NCBI RefSeq assembly: GCF_000021865.1
Contig: NC_014034.1
Location: forward strand, 2,310,001-2,342,000
Reading direction: 5' to 3'
From: Rhodobacter capsulatus SB 1003
GTDB taxonomy: Bacteria > Pseudomonadota > Alphaproteobacteria > Rhodobacterales > Rhodobacteraceae
DNA: 32,000 nucleotides
The notes beneath the pieces are model-generated. The model saw nothing but the letters and a program-made list of their open reading frames with translations, did no database searches and had not been told where the DNA came from. Both the position numbers and the translations under genes were made by a program. This document shows positions 24,176-31,939 of this stretch, one piece after another; the stretch's first letter is position 1; each line of letters opens with the position of its first letter.

Positions 24176-27031
24176 TCAGCCCAGCGACCACCAGCCGCGT
24201 TTCTTCGGCTTCGGATCCTCGGGCGTGCCCGGATCCGTCTCGGCTTCGGGTTCAGACCCAGCCTCGGGTTCGGCCTCGGGTTCGGGCGCAGCCTCGGGGG
24301 CCACATCCGCCACCGGCGCGGGCGCAGTTTCGACGACCGGCTCGGGCGCGGCCTCGACACCCGGCGCGGCTTCGACCACCGCCTCGACCGGGGCCGGGGC
24401 TTCGGCAGCCTCGGCTTCGGCAACCGGCGCGGGCGCAGCCTCGGCAACGGGGGCTTCCGCTTCCGCTGCGGCCGCAGCCGCCGCCGCGGCGGCCGCCTCG
24501 GCTTCCTTCTTCGCCTTCGAGGTCGTGCGGGTCCGGGTCTTCTTCACCGGCGCTTCCGCGCCCTCGACAACCTCGGCCTCCTTCTTCGCCTTGCTGGTGC
24601 GCGACCGCGACCGGCTCGCCTTCGGCGCCGGCGCTTCGGGCGCGGCTTCCGCTTCGGCAACCGCCTCGGCCACGGGCGCCGACGCTTCGGCGTCCAGAAT
24701 CGGCAGGCTCACCTCGGCCAGCTCGGCCGCCGCCGCGGCGCGGGCGGCGTCTTCGGCGGCATCCTCGTCCGAGGCATCGTCGCCCTCGTCCTCGCCGTCG
24801 TCCTCGCCCTCATCTCCCTCGTCGCCCTCGGCCGCCAGATCGGTCCCGCCCGGAGCGCCGTTTTTCTTCCGCCGCCGCCGACGCCGTTTCTTCTTCTTCG
24901 GCGCGCCTTCGCCGGGTTCGCCCGTCGCGGCCGCAGCCACCGCGGGCGCGGCCTCTTCGACCTCGTCCTCTTCCTCCTCGACGATCTCTTCCTCGTCGAT
25001 CTCGGCCATCAGCTCGGCGCTGGCATGCACGACGGCGCTATGCACCTCGGGCACGATCCGGGTCGCGGTCTTGAACTTCTCGATGCTGAAATCGGGGCTG
25101 ACCAGCGTCGGATCAGCCTCGATCCGCACCGCCATGCCATAGCGCGCCTCGATCGAAGCGATATGTTCGCGCTTGGCGTTCATCAGATAGTTGGCGACGG
25201 CGACCGGGCATTTCACCAGCACCTCGCGGCTCCGTTTCCGGGTGCCCTCTTCCTCGATCGCGCGCAGAACCTGCAGCGCCAGACTGTCATCGGACCGGAT
25301 CAGCCCGGTGCCATGGCAATGCGGGCAGGGCTGCGTGGTCGATTCCAGCATCCCCGGACGCAGCCGCTGACGCGACATCTCCATCAGGCCGAAGCCCGAG
25401 ATCCGCCCCACCTGAATCCGCGCGCGGTCGGTTTTCAGCTTCTCTTTCAGACGCTTCTCGACGGCGGCGTTGTTCTTCCGCTCTTCCATGTCGATGAAGT
25501 CGATGACGATCAGACCGGCCAGATCGCGCAACCGCAGCTGACGGCTGATCTCCTCGGCGGCCTCAAGGTTGGTCTTGAGCGCGGTCTCCTCGATCGAGCC
25601 TTCCTTGGTGGCCCGGCCCGAGTTGACGTCGATGGCGACCAGCGCCTCGGTCACGCCGATGACGATATAGCCGCCCGATTTCAGCTGCACCACCGGGTTG
25701 AACATCGAGGCCAGATAGCTTTCGACCTGGAAGCGCGCGAACAGCGGCAGCTGCTCGTTGTAATGCTTCACGTTCTTCGCGTGGGACGGCATGATCATCT
25801 TCATGAAGTCCTTGGCGACGCGATAGCCGCGCTCGCCCTCGACCAGAACCTCGTCGATGTCCTTCGAATACAGATCGCGGATCGAGCGCTTGATCAGATC
25901 GCCTTCCTCGTAAATCGGCGCCGGGGCGATCGATTTGAGGGTCAGCTCGCGGATCTGTTCCCACAGCCGCATCAGATATTCATAGTCGCGGCGGATCTCG
26001 GTGCGGGTGCGCTGGCTGCCCGCGGTGCGGATGATCAGCCCGGCGCCCTGCGGCACCTCCATTTCCGAGGCGATTTCCTTCAGCTTCTTGCGGTCGGCCG
26101 CATTGGTGATCTTGCGCGAAATGCCACCGCCCCGCGCCGTGTTCGGCATCAGAACGCAGTAGCGACCGGCAAGCGACAGGTAAGTGGTCAGCGCCGCGCC
26201 CTTGTTGCCGCGTTCTTCCTTGACCACCTGCACCAGCATGATCTGCCGGACCTTGATCACTTCCTGAATCTTGTAGCGCCGCGCGCGCGGGCGACGGGGC
26301 GCATGGATTTCCTCGGCCACGTCCTCCTCGGCCACCGATTCGATCTCGTCATCGACGGGATGGACATGGTGATCGTGGTCATGCTCATGGTCGTGGTCGT
26401 GCTCTTCCTCGACCTCGTGCGGGGCCTCGGCCTCTTCGGCCTCGCCCGCCTCGACGATCTCGGCCTCCGCCTCGGCCACGCCCTCTTCGGGGGCAACAGC
26501 CGGTTCCGGCACCGCATCGAAGCTTCCGGCCTCGGCGATCACGGGTTCAAGCGCCCCGGCCTCTTCGCCCGGCGCCGCCTCGTCGATCACCGCCATGCCC
26601 GGAATGTCTTCCGAGCGCACGACGGCATCATGGCCCGCCGTCTTCTCGGCCCGGGCCTGCTGCCCGCCCGAGCGCGAGGACCCGGAGCGCGACCGCGACC
26701 GGCGCGAGCGCGAGCGGTTTTCCTCGGCCTCTTCGGCCTCCGCGGCCAGACGTTCCTCTTCCAGAAGCGCCTGACGGTCGGCCACCGGGATCTGGTAGTA
26801 ATCCGGGTGGATCTCGGCGAAGGCGAGGAAGCCGTGGCGGTTGCCGCCGTAATCGACAAAAGCGGCCTGGAGCGAAGGCTCCACCCGCGTCACTTTCGCC
26901 AGATAGATATTCCCGGCCAGCTGCCGCTTGTTTACTGTTTCAAAGTCGAACTCGTCGACCTTGTTGCCGTCCACCACCACGACGCGGGTTTCTTCCGCGT
27001 GGGTGGCATCGATAAGCATCTTCTTTGCCAT
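24176..27031 (-). CDS. rne: Ribonuclease E
   Basis: MAKKMLIDATHAEETRVVVVDG... aligns with the E. coli RNase E N-terminus. KEERGNKGAALTTYLSLAGRY, VIDFIDM and CPHCHGTG (Zn-link) are present. The C-terminus is long and low-complexity. ATG at 27031 follows CAGGA. Confidence 0.95.
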   Translation of the reverse strand: MAKKMLIDATHAEETRVVVVDGNKVDEFDFETVNKRQLAGNIYLAKVTRVEPSLQAAFVDYGGNRHGFLAFAEIHPDYYQIPVADRQALLEEERLAAEAEEAEENRSRSRRSRSRSGSSRSGGQQARAEKTAGHDAVVRSEDIPGMAVIDEAAPGEEAGALEPVIAEAGSFDAVPEPAVAPEEGVAEAEAEIVEAGEAEEAEAPHEVEEEHDHDHEHDHDHHVHPVDDEIESVAEEDVAEEIHAPRRPRARRYKIQEVIKVRQIMLVQVVKEERGNKGAALTTYLSLAGRYCVLMPNTARGGGISRKITNAADRKKLKEIASEMEVPQGAGLIIRTAGSQRTRTEIRRDYEYLMRLWEQIRELTLKSIAPAPIYEEGDLIKRSIRDLYSKDIDEVLVEGERGYRVAKDFMKMIMPSHAKNVKHYNEQLPLFARFQVESYLASMFNPVVQLKSGGYIVIGVTEALVAIDVNSGRATKEGSIEETALKTNLEAAEEISRQLRLRDLAGLIVIDFIDMEERKNNAAVEKRLKEKLKTDRARIQVGRISGFGLMEMSRQRLRPGMLESTTQPCPHCHGTGLIRSDDSLALQVLRAIEEEGTRKRSREVLVKCPVAVANYLMNAKREHIASIEARYGMAVRIEADPTLVSPDFSIEKFKTATRIVPEVHSAVVHASAELMAEIDEEEIVEEEEDEVEEAAPAVAAAATGEPGEGAPKKKKRRRRRRKKNGAPGGTDLAAEGDEGDEGEDDGEDEGDDASDEDAAEDAARAAAAAELAEVSLPILDAEASAPVAEAVAEAEAAPEAPAPKASRSRSRTSKAKKEAEVVEGAEAPVKKTRTRTTSKAKKEAEAAAAAAAAAAAEAEAPVAEAAPAPVAEAEAAEAPAPVEAVVEAAPGVEAAPEPVVETAPAPVADVAPEAAPEPEAEPEAGSEPEAETDPGTPEDPKPKKRGWWSLG

Positions 27032-27487
27032 AAATCCTGTTTCCCCACGCCGCGTCGCACCTTGGCCTTGCGGGCAAGGCGGGCGGGGCATGGTTTGTCG
27101 TTGAGGCTCGGGCGCCCATACGGATATCGGCGGCGGCGGCCGAAAGCGGCCCGCCCGTCATCACCCATCCCGTTGCCGTGCAACCCATCGCGGTTCGTCC
27201 CAAGCGCCGGGCTTGTCGCCCCGCGCCGATTTGCAACCCCCCTGACAACGAAGCCCCGGGGGCAAGAGTGCGGTCTTGCGACCAATCGGATGATCCAAGG
27301 TCCGCCCCGCGCTCGCGAAGGCTCAGACCCGGAAATCAGCGAATTCCGTGAACAGGAGGAGAGTCCTGCCGACACTGCGACAATATCAACGCAAATGACA
27401 CAAACACAATCGGTTTTTCGTCAAGAAGTGGTTAACGCTGATTTCAGCCCGGACGCATGCCGCAGCCGACGGGGGGCTGTCTGCCCC

Positions 27488-27600
27488 CCGCACCCCCCGA
27501 GGATATTTGCACCAAGGTGAAAGCAAACCCCGGGATGGCTTTCACCTTGGCGAAAATATCCCGGGGGTGAGGCCGCAGGCCGAGGGGGCAGCGCCCCCTC
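27488..27600. repeat. Palindromic intergenic repeat, copy A (complete: two 24-nt arms plus a terminal GC hairpin)
   Basis: GGATATTTGCACCAAGGTGAAAGC (27501-27524) and GCTTTCACCTTGGCGAAAATATCC (27538-27561) are inverted repeats (22/24). Then CCGGGGGT... and the hairpin GAGGGGGC-agc-GCCCCCTC (27582-27600). Confidence 0.8.
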
Positions 27601-27606
27601 TCCGCC

Positions 27607-28932
27607 TCAGGTGTAATCGCCGCGGCTCAGGCCGTATTTCGCCATCTTCTCGTTCAGCGTCCGGCGCGGCAGGCACAATTCCTCCATCACCGCGGAAATC
27701 GAGCCTTTGTGACGGCGCATCGTGTTGTCGATCAGCATCTTTTCGAAGCTTTCGACATATTCCTTGAGCGGCTTGCCCTCGGTCGTCATCGCCGTGCCGG
27801 CCTCGTCGGTCTCGGCCATCAGCAGCGACGCAATCGAGCCAGAGCCGCGCCGCGCCTGCAGAACTGCGCGTTCGGCGACATTGATCAGCTGGCGCACATT
27901 GCCCGGCCAGGGCGCCTGCAGCAGCTGCGCGGCTTCCTGCGCGCTGACCTCGGGCGGCTCGCAGCCGTAATCATCGGCGAAAGCTTCGGTCATCCGGGTG
28001 AAAAGCGTCAGTACATCCTCGCCGCGCGCGCGCAGGGGCGGCAGGGTCAGCTTGTGCGCCGCAAGGCGGAAGAACAGATCCGGGCGCAGCACGTCTTCCA
28101 GCGTGCGCCCCTCGCCATGGGCGTTGCAGATCGCCACCACCCGGGTTTCGGCGGGCGTGCCCTGTTCGTTCAGCACGGTCAAAAGCCGCGCCTGCAACCC
28201 GGTCGAGAGCGCCTCGATATCCTCCAGCACCAGCGTGCCGCCGCGGGCCTCCTCGACCAGCGGCAGCCCCTCGGCCACCGGACCGAAAAGCTTCTCGGCC
28301 AAGGCTTCCTCGGTATAGGCGGCACAGCTGATGGTGACGAATTTCTTCCCCGCCCGCGTGCCCGCCGCATGCAGCGCATGCGCCACCAGCGTCTTGCCAG
28401 TGCCGGTCTCGCCATCGATCAGCACGTGCCCGTCCGATTGCGCGATATCAAGAACATCCTCGCGCAGCCGCTCCATCGAGGGCGAAACCCCGATCAGCTT
28501 GCCCACCACCGCCGACCCCTCGGCCAGATCGCGGCGCAAAGCGCGGGCATCGAGCGTCATCCGCCGCATCTGCGTCGCGCGCTTGGCCAGTTCCGTCATC
28601 CGGTCCGGGTTGAAGGGTTTTTCCATGAAATCCATGGCGCCCAGCCGCATCGCCTCGACCGCCATCGGCACATCGCCATGCCCGGTGATCATGATCACGG
28701 GCAGCCCGCTGTCGAGCCCCATCAGCCGCTTCAGAAACGTCATCCCGTCCATCCCCGGCATGCGGATATCGGAGATCACCACCCCGGGCCAATCGGTCCC
28801 GATCACCTTCAAGGCCTCTTCGGCACTGCAAAAGGTCTCGGTGTCGAAGCCCGAAAGCGCCAGCCATTGCCCGATCGACTGACGGATGTCTTCCTCGTCA
28901 TCGACGATCGCCACTTTCATCATCCGTGCCAT
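27607..28932 (-). CDS. NtrC/DctD-family response regulator (REC - AAA+ - HTH) lacking the GAFTGA sigma54-contact loop
   Basis: REC domain with VVISDIRMPGMDG, Walker A GETGTGKT, and a C-terminal HTH LCLPRRTLNEKMAKYGL close to DctD. GGAG lies 7 nt upstream of the ATG, which is 3 nt after the kinase stop. Confidence 0.9.
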   Translation of the reverse strand: MARMMKVAIVDDEEDIRQSIGQWLALSGFDTETFCSAEEALKVIGTDWPGVVISDIRMPGMDGMTFLKRLMGLDSGLPVIMITGHGDVPMAVEAMRLGAMDFMEKPFNPDRMTELAKRATQMRRMTLDARALRRDLAEGSAVVGKLIGVSPSMERLREDVLDIAQSDGHVLIDGETGTGKTLVAHALHAAGTRAGKKFVTISCAAYTEEALAEKLFGPVAEGLPLVEEARGGTLVLEDIEALSTGLQARLLTVLNEQGTPAETRVVAICNAHGEGRTLEDVLRPDLFFRLAAHKLTLPPLRARGEDVLTLFTRMTEAFADDYGCEPPEVSAQEAAQLLQAPWPGNVRQLINVAERAVLQARRGSGSIASLLMAETDEAGTAMTTEGKPLKEYVESFEKMLIDNTMRRHKGSISAVMEELCLPRRTLNEKMAKYGLSRGDYT

Positions 28933-28935
28933 GAT

Positions 28936-30735
28936 CTACTCCGTCCCCCTGCGCCCTGTTGCGGGCGTCTGTCTGCTTGCCATCAGCCGCGGCAGCCGCA
29001 TCTCGAAGACGGCGCCGCCGCCCTCGCCATTGCGCGCCGTCAGCCGGCCGCCGAAATCGGCCACGATCGAGGAGGAAATCGCCAGGCCCAGCCCCGTCCC
29101 CTCGCCCGGTTTCTTCGTCGTCCAGAACGGCTCGAAGAGCTTTTCCAGATCGGTCAGCCCCGGCCCGTTGTCGGCCAGCGTCAGCACCGCCACCTCCTCC
29201 TCCGAGACCAGCGTGATCTCGATGCGCGGCGCGCGCAAGCCCTTGGTCGCATCGAGCGCGTTGCGAAAGAGATTGATGATCACCTGTTCCAGCCGGATCC
29301 GGTCGGCCTGCACCATCACCGCGCCGCGCGGCAGGTTGCGCACGATCTTCACCGTGCGCGCCTTCAGCTGCGGCTCCATCATCGCCAGCGCCGAAGACAG
29401 CGCCGCGCGCAGATCGACCGGCTCGATCGCATCGCCGCCCTTCCTCGCATAGGATTTCAGCTGCCGGGTGATCGCCCCCATCCGCTCGATCAGATCGTCG
29501 ATGCGCTGAAAGGACGACAGCGCCTCGGGCACGCGTTCGCGCTGCAAGAGCAGCTTCGCCCCGGCCAGATAGGTCTTCATCGCGGCCAGCGGCTGGTTCA
29601 GCTCATGGCTGACCGCCGCCGACATCTCGCCCAGAACGGCCAGTTTCGAGCTTTGCTCCAGCGTCTGTTCGGCCAAGGACAGGTCCTTCTGCACCCGCTC
29701 GCGCTCGGCAATCTCGCGCGAGAGCCGCGCGTTCAGCGCCCGCAGCTCGGCCGACTCGCGCCGGTAAACCGCCGATTGCACCTTGGCGCGGCGCGAAATC
29801 AGATAAAACCCGAGCGCCAGAAGGATGGCGAAGCCCATGATTTCCAAGGCAATCACCGCATTCACCCGGTCGCGGACGGACGAATAGGGCGTAAAGGCCA
29901 CCATCCGCCAGCCGCGAAACGGCACCCGCGCCTCGGTGCGCATCACCGCCTGCCCCAGCACCCAGGCATCGGGCGGATCATTGGCCCAATCGGCCGTCGC
30001 CTGCAGCGCGCGCTCGATCGCCGAGGGGGCAGACCGCGCCACCAAAGCCTCTTCCATCGTCAGGCCCCGCCAGCGCGGCTCGGTCGCCAGCACGATCTTG
30101 CCCGCGCTGTCCATCACCGCGACGGCATCGGAAATCCCCGCCCAGGCGCGTTCATAGCGCGCCAGATCGGCGCCGACGACGATCACGCCGACCAGCTTGC
30201 CATCGGCCAGAACGGCGCGGGAATAGACGAATTCGCTTGCCCCCGTCACCCCCTCGACCGCCGAGAACACGGTCTCGCGGGTGCGCTGCGCATCGACGAA
30301 AAACGGCGCGTCGTTGAAGACGGTGCCCAGCACGTTGCGGTCGGTCGCCCCCATCACCCGGCCCTGCAGGTCCAAAAGCCGGATCGAGGCCACGCCCACC
30401 TCTTCGCGCGCCGCGATCAAAAGCCCCGAGGTGGTGGAAAAATCCCCCGATCCCAGCGCCTTGGTCAGTTCAGGGTCGCGCGCAAGCAACAGCGGCACGA
30501 CCGAGGTGCGCTGCAGTTCCGACAGGATGTTGCCGGAATAAAGCGCCAGCCGCAGCTCGGTGCGCATGCGGGTGGTTTCGGTGAAACGCTCGGTCAGCCA
30601 GGTGTTGGTGAACCAGACGCCGACGACGGTGGCCAGCAGCATCAGCCCGGCAAGCGCCCGATAGGCCATGCGGCGCAGGCGGCGGCGGGCCTCGGAGGCG
30701 GCAAGCAGATCGGGGCGCGGGGCAAGGGCGGTCAT
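28936..30735 (-). CDS. DctB-like sensor histidine kinase (two TM segments flanking a ~260-aa periplasmic double-PDC/Cache-like domain)
   Basis: H-box AAVSHELNQPLAAMKTY, N/G boxes (INLFRNALDA, DNGPGL, GTGLGLAIS). Hydrophobic segments at about aa 25-45 and 300-320. Confidence 0.9.
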   Translation of the reverse strand: MTALAPRPDLLAASEARRRLRRMAYRALAGLMLLATVVGVWFTNTWLTERFTETTRMRTELRLALYSGNILSELQRTSVVPLLLARDPELTKALGSGDFSTTSGLLIAAREEVGVASIRLLDLQGRVMGATDRNVLGTVFNDAPFFVDAQRTRETVFSAVEGVTGASEFVYSRAVLADGKLVGVIVVGADLARYERAWAGISDAVAVMDSAGKIVLATEPRWRGLTMEEALVARSAPSAIERALQATADWANDPPDAWVLGQAVMRTEARVPFRGWRMVAFTPYSSVRDRVNAVIALEIMGFAILLALGFYLISRRAKVQSAVYRRESAELRALNARLSREIAERERVQKDLSLAEQTLEQSSKLAVLGEMSAAVSHELNQPLAAMKTYLAGAKLLLQRERVPEALSSFQRIDDLIERMGAITRQLKSYARKGGDAIEPVDLRAALSSALAMMEPQLKARTVKIVRNLPRGAVMVQADRIRLEQVIINLFRNALDATKGLRAPRIEITLVSEEEVAVLTLADNGPGLTDLEKLFEPFWTTKKPGEGTGLGLAISSSIVADFGGRLTARNGEGGGAVFEMRLPRLMASRQTPATGRRGTE

Positions 30736-30780
30736 GGCCCGACTTTAGGCGAAGCCGCCGCCCCCAACAAGGCGCGGCGG

Positions 30781-31449
30781 TCACACCGCCGCGAGCATCC
30801 CCGCAAGCGCGCGGAAAAGCGCCGCCCCGTCGGTGCCGCCCTGCGCCTCTTCCACCACCCGCTCGGGATGCGGCATCAGCCCCAGCACGCGGCGGTTTTC
30901 GCTCAGCACCCCGGCAATATCGGCGGTAGAGCCGTTCGGATTGTCGATATAGCGGAAGGCAACGCGGTCTTCGCCTTCAAGCCGCGCCAGCCCCTCGGCA
31001 TCCAGGACGTAATTGCCGTCGTGATGGGCGATCGGATAGGTCACCTCGGCGCCTGCCGCATAGCCGCGGGTAAAGGGGCTGTCCGTGGTCGCCACGCGCA
31101 GCCGCTGCGCCCGGCAGCGGAACTTCAGCCCGGCATTGCGCATCAGCGCCCCCGGCAGCAGACCCATTTCGGTCAGCACCTGAAAGCCGTTGCAGATCCC
31201 GATCACATGGCCGCCGCGGCCCGCGAAATCGACCACCGCCTGCCCGATCGGGCTGCGCGAGGCGATGGCGCCGCAGCGCAGATAATCACCAAAGGAAAAG
31301 CCCCCCGGCACGCCGATCACATCGGTTCCCGCAGGAATTTCGGTGTCCTTGTGCCAGACCCGCACCACCTCGGCGCCCGCTTTCGCGAAGGCATCGGCAA
31401 GGTCACGGTCGCAGTTCGACCCCGGAAAGGTGATGACGGCGGCTTTCAT
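30781..31449 (-). CDS. purQ: Phosphoribosylformylglycinamidine synthase, glutaminase subunit PurQ
   Basis: [33 protein letters not shown] (catalytic Cys) and MPHPER. Confidence 0.95.
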   Translation of the reverse strand: MKAAVITFPGSNCDRDLADAFAKAGAEVVRVWHKDTEIPAGTDVIGVPGGFSFGDYLRCGAIASRSPIGQAVVDFAGRGGHVIGICNGFQVLTEMGLLPGALMRNAGLKFRCRAQRLRVATTDSPFTRGYAAGAEVTYPIAHHDGNYVLDAEGLARLEGEDRVAFRYIDNPNGSTADIAGVLSENRRVLGLMPHPERVVEEAQGGTDGAALFRALAGMLAAV

Positions 31450-31464
31450 CGCGAAAGGGCTCCT

Positions 31465-31513
31465 GCTTTTTCTTGGCTCAAATACGCCGGGGGTCCGGGG
31501 GCAGCGCCCCCGG
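31465..31513. repeat. Palindromic intergenic repeat, copy C (single arm plus GC hairpin) in the purS-purQ spacer
   Basis: The minus strand reads CCGGGGGCgctGCCCCCGGACCCCCGGCGTATTTGAGCCAAGAAAAAGC. The stretch ACCCCCGGCGTATTTGAGCCAAGAAAAAGC matches the copy B left arm at nearly every position. Confidence 0.7.
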
Positions 31514-31518
31514 CGCCC

Positions 31519-31758
31519 TCAGCAGATCTCGACGGTGTATTTCTCGATCACGGTATTGGCGAGAAGTTTCTCGCACATCGCCTTGACTTCGGTTTCCGCC
31601 GCAGCCCGGTCGGTCGCGGTCAGATCCAGCTCGATCACCTTGCCCTGACGCACCGCCTCGACGCCGGTGAAGCCCAGATGGCCAAGCGCATGCCGCACCG
31701 CCTCGCCTTGCGGGTCCAGCACCCCATCCTTCAGCATCACATGCACACGGGCTTTCAT
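31519..31758 (-). CDS. purS: Phosphoribosylformylglycinamidine synthase subunit PurS
   Basis: 79 aa, MKARVHVMLKDGVLDPQGEAVRHAL... is typical PurS. GAGGAG lies 7 nt upstream of the ATG at 31758. The longer track ORF extension is Arg/Pro-rich. Confidence 0.9.
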   Translation of the reverse strand: MKARVHVMLKDGVLDPQGEAVRHALGHLGFTGVEAVRQGKVIELDLTATDRAAAETEVKAMCEKLLANTVIEKYTVEIC

Positions 31759-31887
31759 CCGGGATCTCCTCGCTTGGGGCTGGCGTCTCGACAGGTGGCC
31801 GCACCCGTCCGTTTCGGCCCTGATAGCCCAAGCCCCCGGCCTCGGGCAAGCGCGATGGCGCATGGCGCGGGCGCAGATTGGCGGGCC

Positions 31888-31921
31888 AAACGAAAAGGGC
31901 GGCCCCGCGGGACCGCCCCTT
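31888..31921 (-). terminator. Intrinsic terminator of the truncated minus-strand gene upstream of purS
   Basis: On the minus strand: GGGCGG..CCCGCGGG..CCGCCC GC-rich hairpin followed by TTTTCGTTT. Confidence 0.75.
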
Positions 31922-31939
31922 CGCTCCTGCAACCGCGGA

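Noticed and set aside
24430-24520. GCN-rich microsatellite-like DNA (GCCGCAGCCGCCGCCGCGGCGGCC...) and the CCTCGGGTTCGG-type repeats at 24230-24300
   Set aside because: They are in frame within rne and encode the poly-Ala run and the EPEAEPEA low-complexity tail. They are not a CRISPR array or a non-coding tandem repeat.
27421-27436. Second CtrA-like site, TCAA-GAAGTGG-TTAAC, in the rne upstream region
   Set aside because: It has one mismatch and lies in the only AT-rich patch, where such half-sites arise easily by chance. It overlaps my own weak -35 guess, and I know of no functional expectation linking CtrA to rne. It is mentioned only for completeness.
31759-31887. Searched the purS leader (and the 81-bp purB leader at 15696-15776) for purine or ZTP riboswitch features
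   Set aside because: I found only a generic imperfect stem (GCTTGGGGC 31772-31780 / GCCCAAGC 31826-31833) next to the SD, with no recognisable conserved riboswitch core sequences. The purB leader is too short. A scan with the Rfam ZTP (pfl) and purine riboswitch models would settle it.
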